Under the pieces are notes generated by a model that saw nothing but the letters and a program-made list of their open reading frames with translations, did not search any database and was not told where the DNA came from. This document shows, piece after piece, positions 53,237 to 64,000 of a stretch of 64,000 nucleotides of DNA (position 1 is the first letter of the stretch; the number at the start of each line of letters is the position of its first letter). This stretch comes from Mobula birostris. Taxonomy: Eukaryota. Location: the NCBI RefSeq assembly GCF_030028105.1, contig NC_092387.1, positions 44,525,590-44,589,589 of the forward strand, in the 5' to 3' direction. Both the position numbers and the translations under genes were made by a program.

Positions 53237-53665
53237 GTTTTTTTAAATACTTTATTTTCAAAATTTTCAAAAAACAATAAAATCAACTGGAATATATAAG
53301 CTCAGACACGTGTGAAAATAAAATGAGCAAAAAAAAGAGAAAAAAAGGACATAACATTAGAGCGATGCCTGTTGTACAGAGTGCCCAAAAGTGCTAAACA
53401 TTAAATCTCGAAAGAGGGCTGTGAGAGATTAGCTGGAGGGAAGTTGTTCATCTGCCCCCGGCCTAGTCTAGGTAGGCAAGAAATGGATCCCAGATAGCCG
53501 AAAATTTTATAATTGAATTGGTTCTCAAGAACCTAAGTCTCTCGATCTGTATGACTGAGATCATGTCAGTCATCTGTCTCCAGAAGGAAGGGGGAGAGGG
53601 TGATTTTCATTCCCTCAAGGTAAATCTTTTAGCAACAGTCATCCCCAGCATCAGAGACTATTGTA
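53237..53665 (-). mobile_element. L1-clade LINE 3' end
   Basis: - strand VAKRFTLRE*KSPSPPSFW..MISVIQIERLRF..KFSAIWDPFLAYL resembles the fish L1 ORF2 C-terminus; AATAAA and A-rich tail on -. Confidence 0.7.
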
Positions 53666-53942
53666 TAGCTGTAGGGTCCATGACCAGTCACGATCTTGTA
53701 CACCTTTATCAAATCTCTTCTCACCTTTTTTGTTTGAAGGAGGACAACACGTAACTTCTGTGGTTTACCTTGTAGATGAAAGCTGTCATTACTGGAACCA
53801 TTCCATTACATTCTCTTCCAAATTAGGGTTCCTTTCAAAGTATACCAGTGTTCTTAAATTTTCTGCCCCGTTAATGTTTCTAGGTGCCATTATTTATTGA
53901 AGGTGGCTGGTGTAATGCACTGACTTTTTTTTTGCCGTTTAG

Positions 53943-54077
53943 GGAATCTTCACTCAGTTTCAATACAGCAAAGAAAAGGTACTACCATCCGATGCTTTGC
54001 GGAGTGCTCTTGCCAAGACCTTTCAAGATGAGCAACGCTTCCAGATGGGGATCATGGATGACGCAGCAGAATGTTTT
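53943..54077 (+). CDS. USP54: USP54 coding exon 3
   Basis: ag|[45 protein letters not shown]|gtaagt; 135 nt, phase 0/0. Confidence 0.96.
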
Positions 54078-54111
54078 GTAAGTTAAATGACTACCTGATT
54101 CACTATTTTGA

Positions 54112-55662
54112 CTAATTGCTGATGCATTTTGCAGTAAAGGAGCTAATTTGGAAAATCCAAGATACTGTGCCCAGGACCTTAACAGGGAGAAAGTGGTGTC
54201 CAGCAAAGTCAGTAAAACAGGCAAAAGCAGCACTCAGGTTTGCAGACATGGTGGGCCAGGTGCAAATAGGCCCATTTGGCAAAAGGCGACAACACAAAAG
54301 CAAGGGTGAACTATGGTGGTAGAGGAAGTTAGGCGACAGGAGGAGCAAATGAGATATGCAAGTGCAGTGTCTCAGGCAAAACAGGGACAGTAGACAAGGT
54401 GGGAAAGCAGTGAGAATAGAAAATTCAGCTGGAAGGACTAATGGGAAAAGGAAGGAAGAAAGATTAGCTTCCTTATAAGAGCTGTTTATGATGTTCTCCC
54501 AACTCCCAAAAATCTGAACCAATGGCTCAGTGGAGACCCAGCATGTCCACTCTGTGGAAGAACAGCAAACCTCAGTCACATCCTCTCACCTTGCAAAGTA
54601 AGCCTCACTCAAGGAAGGTACATGGAGGCAAAACCAGGTCCTCAGATGTTCCGCATCCATTGTGGAGAAGCAAAGGCTGAATAATAACTAAGCCTCATCT
54701 GACTGGAAGAACCATCATCTCCTTTGTCTGGCAAGGACAGAAAGTGCCTTCCTCAGTGACACGGTTGGAGTCAGGCATACTGGAGTCTGCTTGTGGCTGG
54801 AACATGGCTGTCAACCTTGACAAAAGGCCAATATTTCCCCCAGAGATAGCCATTGCCACCCTCATACCATATTTGGTCTTGTGGTCCAGCAGTCTGAAGG
54901 CTGTAGTATTCTCAGAGCTGACAGTATCCTGTGAAGGTGCAGTCCGCGAGACATATGAGCAGAAACATGTAAAATACGTTGAGCTGGCCACAGATGCTAA
55001 ACAGCGTGGATGGAAGGTGCAGAAACCTGATATGGAAGTTGTCCTGTCCAAGACCAGAAGAAGCTGCAGAAGATCGTGAACATAGCCCAGCACATCACAC
55101 AAACCAATCTATCCTTCTATCCTTCTATCCTTGGACTCACTTTACACCCATGCTGTCGGAGCAGTGCTGCCAGGATAATCAAGGACATGACTCACCCAGC
55201 CAACACACTTTTTGTCCCTCTTCCCTCTGGGAGAAGGCTCAGGAGCTTGAAGACTCATACGGCCAGATTTGGGAACAGCTTCTTTCCAACTGTGGTAAGA
55301 CTGCTGAACGGATCCTGACCCGGATCTGGGATGTACCCTCCAAATATCCGGACCAGCCTCTTGGTTTCTTTGTTCTACCTTACTTTCCCTTTTCTATTTT
55401 CTATTTATGATTTATAATTTAAATTTTTAATATTTACTATCGATTTGTACTCCAGGGAGCACGAAGAGCAGAATCAAATATCGCTGTGATGATTGTACGC
55501 TCTAGTATCAATTGTTTGGCGACAATAAGGTATAAATAAAGTATAAAGAGGTTGGCTGCAGAAGATTTGTGGCTACTACCATGGTCAGTTTGCTGAAGGG
55601 ATTGGGAGTCCGAGCTCAGAGCCAGCAGCAAGCTATAAAAGAGCTCTTGGTGGTCGCTGAAC
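54112..55662 (+). mobile_element. Hero-like (R2 superclade) non-LTR retrotransposon with restriction-like endonuclease, decayed and split by a Rex insertion
   Basis: TGRKW..ALRFADMVGQVQ; CPLC..HILS.C knuckle; GRYTWR.NQVL; FPPEIA..LVLWS..ELTV..KYVEL; resumes near 55548 with EVGCR.FVA...AIKEL. Confidence 0.8.
55025..55540 (+). mobile_element. Rex1-type 3' fragment nested in the Hero-like element
   Basis: RIIKDMTHPANTLFVPLPSGRRLRSLKTHTARFGNSFFP; tail gacaataaggtataaataaagtata. Confidence 0.8.
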
Positions 55663-56322
55663 ACCTACGCTCTGTCCGCTAGAGAAAGCAGGATCTCCCA
55701 GTGGCCACACATTTCAATTCCACGTCCCATTCCCATTCTGATAAGTCCATCCATGGCCTCTTCTACTGCCAAGATGAAGCCACACTCAAGTTGTAGGAAC
55801 AACACCTTATATTCCGTCTGGGTAGCCTCCAACCTGATGGCATGAACATTGACTTCTCTAACTTCTGTTATTGTCCCTCCTCCCCTCTCACCCTATCCCT
55901 TATTTATTTTATTTATCTATCTATCTATCTATCTATTTATTTATTTATTTATCCCTCTCCTCCCCCCCCCCCCTTCTTTCTCTCTCTTTTTTTCTCCTCC
56001 GTCCCTCTCACTATATCTTCCTCTGGTGCTCCCCTCCCCCTTTCTTTCCCCCTCGGCCTCCCGTCCCATGATCCTCTCCCTTCTCCAGCCTTGTATCCCT
56101 TTTGCCAATCAACTTTCCAGCTCTTAGCTCCATCCCTCCCCCTCCTGTCCTCTCCTATCATTTCGGATATCCGCCTCCCCCTCCCACTTACAGATCTCTT
56201 ACTATCTCTTCTTTCAGTTAGTCCTGACGAAGGGTCTCGGCCCGAAATGTCGACTGTACCTCTTCCTATAGATGCTGCCTGGCCTGCTGCGTTCCACCCG
56301 CATTTTGTATGTGTTGATTGAA
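55663..56322 (+). mobile_element. Penelope-like element 3' fragment
   Basis: Reverse complement of the family at 20472-21110; internal (tatc)n microsatellite. Confidence 0.9.
56219..56256 (+). ncRNA. Minimal hammerhead motif with mutated stem-III palindrome
   Basis: TAGTC-CTGACGA-A-GGGTCTCGGCCC-GAAA-TG-TC-GACTG (ACGT changed to ATGT). Confidence 0.65.
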
Positions 56323-57019
56323 ACATCTTCTCCTATGAGCTCGAACTATGGTCACTGCAGCTTTCCATAGTTGTAGATTAAAGTAGTATGGAAAATTTTA
56401 ATTATATTTGTTAGTATCATCAGTATGATATGTAACCTGGTTAATATTTTGATGATATGGGTATTTTAGTGGAAATGAGTCAGGCTGATGAAAGTAACTA
56501 AATTAATCTGCAGAATTCCCTTTCCTTAATGTCATTTGCATGCTTTGTTAGTGTTTGCATGTTTTTGACTTGCAGAAAGTCCACTGAAAGAAATAGCCCT
56601 TGTTGCTCCAGGTGCTTACATCAGTAGTAGATTTTTCACTCAAAAATCAATATTTTATCTAACAGTAAAGATACTGGAAAATGCAAACAGAAAATGCTGG
56701 AAATACCTCATGGATCAGAAAGCTTCTAAGGAAAGAGAGTTAATACTCCAGGTCAAACCTTCCTGTCTTCAGATAAGCTATGCAGCTAATTTTAAACATT
56801 AACTCCATTGCTTTCTCCACAGGAGCAGTCTGATCTGCAGGATATTTGCAGTGAATACTTTTGACATTTTTGTTCAGGAAAATAGGTTTGAATTCAGTCT
56901 AAGCAGGTGGTTCTCAACCTGCAGTGCATGATCTACTTGTGGAGCTTCCAAGCATTGTTGGAATCCGTGAGTCTTTAATACTATTGAGATGTTTAAAGAA
57001 AAGTAAAATCAAATACATA

Positions 57020-59326
57020 CAGTTGCAAGAAAAAGTTTGTGAACCATTTGCAATTACCTGGTTTTCTGCATTAATTACTCACAAAATGTGGTCTGATCTT
57101 CATCTAAATCACAATAATAGGCGAACACAAACTGCTGAAATTAACAACACACAAAAAATTATACTACTTCTCATCAATGCTAAGTACATCATTTAAACAA
57201 TCGCAGTGTACCGCAGTGTAGGTTCAAAAAAAGTATGTGAACTTCTGGGGTAATGCCTTCCACAAAAGCTATTTGGAGTCAGGTGTTCCAATTAATGAGA
57301 TGAGATTGGAGTTGTGGGTTGTAGAGGCACCCTGCCCTATAAAAAAGAGACACAAAGTCAGGTTTCTATCATAGTCTGCTCTTCTCAAGAAAGGTCTGTT
57401 TAGGTGCACCATGCCTCGAACAAAGCAATTTTCAGACGACCTTAGAAGAATTTTAGAGGTGCATGAAACTGGATACCTGAGTGTTCATCAGTCCACAGTA
57501 AGGAAAATTGTCTACAAATGGAGGAAATTCAGTCCTGTTGCTACTCTCCCTAGGAGTGGTCATCCTGCAAAGATCACACCAAGAGCACAAGGTGCAATGC
57601 TGAAGGAGGTGAAAAAGAACCCAAGGGTAACATCAATCTCTAGAACTTGCTAAAGCTTTGTTCATGTGTCCACTATAAGAAAAACATTGAATAAGGATGG
57701 CATTCATGGAAGGACATCACAGAGGAAATCATTGCTCTCCAAAAAAAAACATTGCTGCCTGCCCCAAGTTTGCAAAATACCACCTGGATGTTCCGTAATG
57801 CTTCTGGGACAATATTCTGTGGACAGATGAGACAAAAGTTGGATTTTTTGGCATAAGTGCACACCGCTATGTTTGGAAGGTACACCAACACCAAAACCTC
57901 ATCCCAACTGTGAACAGTGGGAGGTGCATCATGGTTTGGGGTTGCTTTGCTGCCTCAGGGTCTGGACAGCTTGCAATTGTTGAGGGAACAATAAATTCCA
58001 AAGTGTATCAAGCCATTTTACAGGAGAATGTCAGAGTAGCGGTCCATCATCTGAAGCTTTATAGAAGTTGGATGATGCAACAAGACAATGAACCGCAACG
58101 CAAGAGTAATCAACAGCAGAATGGTTTTAAAAGAAGAAAATTCATGTTTTGGAACGGCCAAGTCAGAGTCAGACCTTAACCCACTTGAGATGCTGTGAGG
58201 CTGTAGTTACATATCCCGTGAGCATGATGTAATTATCTTGTGAGCATTACGTCAGTATCTTGCGATGGGCATGATGTAATTGTCTTATGACCGTGAGGTG
58301 ATGTTATGTCACGTGATGGCATGTTCCAAACAGTATTTAAACAAAGCCCACCAATGTGATGCAGTTCTCATTTTTATTTTTAGTGCAATGTTGTTGTTGC
58401 CGGTCAGATGTTTGGAGACACCACCGGTTTTGTTTGTTGCACATTTATTTTTCCCTTTCAGCCCAGTATCGGAGAGTGAAGACATTACTAGAGTTATCCG
58501 AGCAAAGGATTGGGTAAAGTTAATGTCGTTCAGCGTCTTGGGAATGATCAACCTTTTTGAATTTGTTCGGGAATTGTGGCTTGCACATTTGAGTTAAACC
58601 CCTGCAAGGTCGGGAAGGTTTGTGCAGTGACCACCCTCCAGTCAAAAGGTCAGTTCCTGTATTTCTTTGTGATTCCTTTGGACAAGGCATCTCTCAGCTG
58701 TGATCGGCAGATTCGTCATTACTTCGAAGGAATCGTTGTTTTGGGGAAATCTGTCCTTAATGACTGAATAAATCACATGGACTTTTGAATTTACCACTTT
58801 AAGACTGTGCTTGGATGAGAACTCGTTAAGAACAGTTTATAAGTTTGACTGTTTTGTTCGATATAGTTGCCTAACTGTTAACTTCCGGTTAAGTTAGTCG
58901 CTCGTTTACTTTTCGATGTTTTGAGCAGAGATTATTAAATGTCCTTGTTTATTTTATGAAAACTGGACTGAAATTTATCTCTATTGCTGCTGATTCATAA
59001 CACTGTTCATGCAAGGTATTCCAGAAATATTGATGAACTGAAACAGTCTTGTATGAACGGAGGAATGGTGTAAAATTCCTCCTCGTCATTGTGCAAGTCT
59101 GATCAGCAACTACAGGTGGAGGTTATCGCTGCTGAAGGAGGTTCTACCAGTTATTAAATACAGGGGTTCATAAACATTTTCCAGCGAGGACTGTGAATAA
59201 TTAAACAATACGTCCAATAAAGACATGAAAAGTACAAGTATTTGTGTATTATTAGTTTACACAGATTATGTTTGTCTGTTATTGTGACTTAGATGCAAAT
59301 GGTCCACAAACTTTTTCTTGCAACTG
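57020..59326 (+). mobile_element. Tc1 transposon, near full length, decayed, interrupted by a solo LTR
   Basis: TA|cagttgcaagaaaaagtttgtg ... cacaaactttttcttgcaactg|TA; MPRTKQFSDDLR, LWTDETK, MVWGCF, QQDN, LNPLEML. Confidence 0.93.
58205..59002. mobile_element. Probable solo LTR (798 bp)
   Basis: Inserted in Tc1 with 4-bp TSD ctgt (58201-58204 and 59003-59006); ends aGTTA...TAACA (first base mutated); short internal repeats. Confidence 0.7.
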
Positions 59327-60311
59327 TATATTCTTCTTTGAGTCACTGCCCTAGACTTGAGGCTGCTAGTAATCTCCAGGACAAACTTCAAACATCATCC
59401 GAATGGTTCACCTGATGCATTATCAGAGATTTACAGGGAATGAGGCTAGATATTTTACTAAATGTAGTCAAGTGGGGCTGTCACTCAAGAGTTTTGAGAC
59501 CCATTTCAAAGTAGTGCTTCTTTTGTCCTTCCCTTGTTCCATTAATTACTAAAAGAAGTTTGGTTGTCACATTTACTCAAAGCACTTCATGAAGTAAAGT
59601 CAATGTATTTAACTTGGATGGTTAGCTGACTTTGCTATTCACAGTACTTGCGGATTTTAGTTTGAAACAATCTAATGTTTTATTGATTAATCCATTGGTT
59701 CATTTGAAAGATACATGCTGAACCATGCATTGAAGGTATGTATGACAATGTAGAAATATCAGGTGCTACCTTGTTTTTTGAAGGCGAGAGATGAAAGTCT
59801 GTTTAATCTGTTGTAATGAACTGAATATTGAGTTTTGATTGCAGGTATCAGTTTATCAGTTGATGTAAATGCTGGTGCTTAGTGTTTTTGTCAAGTTGTG
59901 AACGCTGTTTTCATTTTATTACAGAATGTTTACAGCATGGAAGGAGGCTATTCAGCTTCATGACTCAGTACCACCAATGCAAATGCAATCCAGCTATTGT
60001 GCCATTAATTGAACCTTACTCAGAATGTTGAATCAGGCGAAGAGATTAGTAGATATCTACCTGTTGTGTGCCATTGAATATTGAAGTTGCATCCTATTTA
60101 TTGCAAATCAATATCTGCAGTTATGCACTCAAGGTTCCTAACTGGTATAATGTAGCTTTATGGATCTAACCCATAGTAATAATTGTGAAAACTTCTGCTT
60201 TAAGATGGTAGCCTTATGCGAGACGTTGTTGTTGTTCCTTTCCATGCCATGTGGTGCATCAGGTGGTAACCATGCCACTCCTTCTTTAGCACTTTTTGTT
60301 TGTTTTTTCTG

Positions 60312-60365
60312 TGTGAGGCTGAGTTGCTAGCTTGACGCTCAACCTGGCATGGATGGAAAGCATGT
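60312..60365 (-). mobile_element. Fragment of the tRNA-SINE family seen at 42574
   Basis: Reverse complement of catgctttccatccgtgctgggttgagcgtcgagttagcaacttggcctc with few mismatches. Confidence 0.7.
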
Positions 60366-60461
60366 GACATTACTAACAGCGTATTGCAGTTCAGATTTGA
60401 TTATTCTATCTTCTGTTATGTAGAACATAGTACAACAAATAATAATTAATATTTTTCACAG

Positions 60462-60575
60462 GAAAACATCCTCATGCGAATACACTTTCACATTGCTGAT
60501 GAAACAAAAGAAGATATTTGCACTGCAAAACACTGTATTCCTCATCAGAAATTTGCTATGACTTTGTTTGAACAG
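60462..60575 (+). CDS. USP54: USP54 coding exon 4 (gene continues beyond window)
   Basis: cag|[38 protein letters not shown]|gtagga; 114 nt, phase 0/0. Confidence 0.96.
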
Positions 60576-61258
60576 GTAGGAATAATTCACTTTTCCAAAG
60601 TTTTTAAACTATTTTCCATTATGTTTTACATGTTTGTCTTTGTTTCCAATTGCTTACTCTTCTCCCTCCTCATATCCATTTCTCTCCCTCACTTTTCTCC
60701 CACCTTGCTCCCCAGCTCTCACTTGTGTCCTCCCCCCTACCCTCCAACCCTCCCTACTTATGTCTCTGTGGCCCATACTGATGCATCTGTCCCTCATGCA
60801 GACATTTTTGTAGAGAAGCAGCTTTAGCTGCAAGTCAATCATGCAGAAGTCTGTGTAGAATATTCTCGAGGTCCTGTGGGAAGAGGTGATGGTGGATCTT
60901 ATCAGATAGTTCCCTGAGCAGAATGTCAATGTTGGCAGAACACTTCATCAAAATTTCCAAGCAGACTCAAATCCTTGCTGGGGTGTTGTCAAGAAAGGCC
61001 TTCTCTGTCAAATCCATTATTACAATTGTTGTCTTAATACAACTGCATTCTGTCATTAAGGAAGAAGATTAAACCATTATCTATCGCAAAGTTCAAACTT
61101 CAAATTTTTTATGAAAGTATGTATAATCTTATACAACCTTGAGATTCATCTTCCAGGCACTCACAAAAAAAGGAAACACAATACATTTCACGAAAGAAAA
61201 ACACACAGCAAAGACTGCCAAGTATCCAATGTGCAAAAGAGGACAAAGCATGCTAGTA

Positions 61259-63615
61259 GTATATATAGAGGGACCAACTAGAGGGGATGCAATATTGGAT
61301 CTCCTGTTAGGAAACGAGTTAGGACAAGTGACGGAAGTCTGTGTAGGGGAGCACTTTGGTTCCAGTGATCATAACACCATTAGTTTCAACTTGATCATGG
61401 ACAAGGATAGATCTGGTCCTAGGGTTGAGGTTCTTAACTGGAAGAAGGCCAAATGTGAAGAAATGAGAAAGGATCTAAAAAGCGTGGATTGGGACAGGTT
61501 GTTCTCTGGCAAGGATGTGATCGGTAGGTGGGAAGCCTTCAAAGGAGAAACTTTGAGAGTGCAGAATTTGTATGTTCCTGTCAGGATTAAAGGCAAAGTG
61601 AATAGGAATAAGGAACCTTGGTTCTCAAGGGATATTGCAACTCTGATAAAGAAGAAGAGGGAGTTGTATGACATGTATAGGAAGCAGGGAGTAAATAAGG
61701 TGCTTGAGGAGTATAAGAAGTGCAAGAAAATACTTAAGAAGGAAATCAGGAGGGCTAAAAGAGGACATGAGGTTGCCTTGGCAGTCAAAGTGAAGGATAA
61801 TCCAAAGAGCTTTTACAGGTAAATTAAGAGCAAAAGGATTGTAAGGGATAAAATTGGTCCTCTTGAAGATCAGAGTGGTCGGCTATGTGTGGAACCAAAG
61901 GAAATGAGGGAGATCTTAAATAGGTTTTTTGTGTCTGTATTTACTGAGGAAACTGACATGAAGTCTATGGAATTAAGGGAAACAAGTAGTGAGGTCATGG
62001 AAACTGTACAGATTGAAAAGGAGGAGGTGCTTGCTGTCTTGAGGAAAATTAAAGCGGATGAATCCCCGGGACCTGACAGGGTGTTCCCTCGGACCTTGAA
62101 GGAGACTAGTGTTGAAATTGCAGGGGCCCTGGCAGAAATATTTAAAATGTCGCTGTCTACAGGTGAGGTGCCGGAGAATTGGAGAGTGGCTCATGTTGTT
62201 CCATTGTTTAAAAAAGGATCGAAAAGTAATCTGGGAAATTATAGGCCTGTAAGTTTAACGTCGGTAGTAGGTAAGTTATTGGAGGGAGTACGAAGAGACA
62301 GAGTGTACAAGCATTTGGATAGACAGGGACTTATTAGGGAGAGTCAACATGGCTTTGTGCGTGATAGGTCATGTTTGACCAATTATTGGAGTTTTTCGAG
62401 GAGGTTACCAGGAAAGTGGATGAAGAGAAGGCAGTGGATATTGTCTACATGGACTTCAGTAAGGCCTTTGACAAGGTCCCACATGGAAGGTTAGTTAGGA
62501 AAATTCAGTCGCTAGGTATACATGGAGAGGTGGTAAATTGGATTAGACATTGGCTCAATGGAAGAAGCCAAAGAGTGGTAGTAGAGAATTGCTTCTCCGA
62601 GTGGAGGCCTGTGACTAGTGGTGTGCCACAGGGATCAGTGCTGGGTCCATTGTTATTTGTCATCTATATCAATGATCTGGATGATAATGTGGTAAATTGG
62701 ATCAGCAAATTTGCTGATGATACAAAGAATGGAGGTGTAGTAGACAGTGAGGAAGGCTTTCAGAGCCTGCAGAGGGACTTGGACCAGCTGGAAAAATGGG
62801 CTGAAAAATGGCAGGTGGAGTTTAATACTGACAAGTGTGAGGTATTGCACGTTGGAAGGACAAACCAAGGTAGAACATACAGGGTTAGTGGTAAGGCACT
62901 GGGGAGTGCAGTGGAACAGAGGGATCTGGGAATACAGATACAAGATTCCCTAAAAGTAGCATCACAGGTAGATAGGGTTGTAAAGAGAGCTTTTGGTACA
63001 TTGGCCTTTATTAATCAAAGTATTGAGTATAAGAGCTGGAATGTTATGATGAGGTTGTATAAGGCATTGGTGAGGCCGAATCTGGAGTATTGTGTTCAGT
63101 TTTGGTCACCAAATTACAGGAAGGATATTAATAAGGTTGAAAGAGTGCAGAGAAGGTTTACAAGGATGTTGCTGGGACTTGAGAAACTCAGTTACAGAGA
63201 AAGGTTGAATGGGTTAGGACTTTATTACCTGGAGCATAGAAGAATGAGGGGAGATTTGATAGAGGTATATAAAATTATGATGGATATAGATAGATTGAAT
63301 GCAAGCAGGCTTTTTCCACTGAGGCAAGGGGAGAAAAAAACCAGAGGACATGGGTTAAGTGTGAGGGGGGAAAAGTTTAAAGGGAACATTAGTGGGGTCT
63401 TCACACAGAAAGTGGTGGGAGTATGGAATGAGCTGCCAGACGAGGTGGTAAATGTGGGTTTTAACATTTAAGAATAAATTGGACAGATACATGGATGGGA
63501 GGTGCATGGAGGGATATGGTCTGTGTGCAGGTCAGTGGGACTAGGAAGAAAATGGTTTGGCACAGCCAAGAAGGGCCAAAAGGCCTGTTTCTGTGCTGTA
63601 GTTTCTATGGTTTCT
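61259..63615 (+). mobile_element. CR1 LINE, 2.35 kb, 5'-truncated, young, nested in a - strand Rex-type tail
   Basis: PTRGDAILDLLL, GSSDH, GNYRPVSLTSVVGK, VPQGSVLGP, KFADDTK; one stop (61820) and one frameshift (~62380); (tttctatgg)-like tail; possible TSD ctagta. Confidence 0.95.
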
Positions 63616-64000
63616 CTAGTATAAAAGAAAGTAAACAAATAGCACATGGAATAAGAACTACAGAGTCCTCAAAAGTGAGTCCATGGCTGCAGAGCCAGTT
63701 CATCACTGAGGTTAGTGAGGCTCGTCCAGGAGACATGGGACCAAGACTCCTACAGCTCCCTTCTGATGGTAGTAGCAAGAAAAGAGAGAGACTGGTCAAA
63801 TGCAAGGAGATGGCGCTGAACACCTGTTCGTTTTCTGCTCTCAGCCTTGACAATTTAAATCTTGCCCAAGTCTTTAATTAGTGTGAAGTAGTGGAGTGGA
63901 GTATGGGTTTATTTTTTACCTTCAGGCCTCGACGCAGCATCCATCTCCAGTGATGGCCGTACCAGCACTCTGGAGAGTCTTGTTCACTGAATCCGCCAGG

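Noticed and set aside
60576-60827. Extension of ORF 60474-60827 past exon 4
   Set aside because: USP54 similarity stops at the GT donor at 60576; the remainder is low-complexity intron read-through.

Overview
Repeat-rich vertebrate genomic DNA, most likely from a cartilaginous fish (inferred from HE1/V-SINE-like and CR1 repeats), with one 131-N gap at 416-546. The only host gene I can support is the 5' part of USP54 on the + strand: four GT-AG, phase-0 coding exons (19163-19306, 22743-22835, 53943-54077, 60462-60575) encoding 162 aa of the N-terminal USP domain with the Cys-box intact. The gene continues beyond the window. Most ORF-track entries are transposon fragments or chance ORFs. The intronic DNA holds Rex1/Babar, CR1, RTE, L1 and Hero-type LINEs, Tc1, Tigger-like and hAT-type DNA elements, SINEs and a solo LTR. 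The best leads are: (1) Penelope-like (GIY-YIG) fragments carrying a minimal hammerhead-ribozyme motif, plus ~210-bp TSD-flanked fold-back derivatives joined at that motif; (2) a decayed GalEa-like Ty1/Copia element with PPT and 3' LTR; (3) a 1.1-kb Helitron with both ends intact; (4) a candidate alternative USP54 first exon that would omit the catalytic Cys. Family names come from my recognition of motifs, not database searches, and repeat boundaries without TSDs are approximate.
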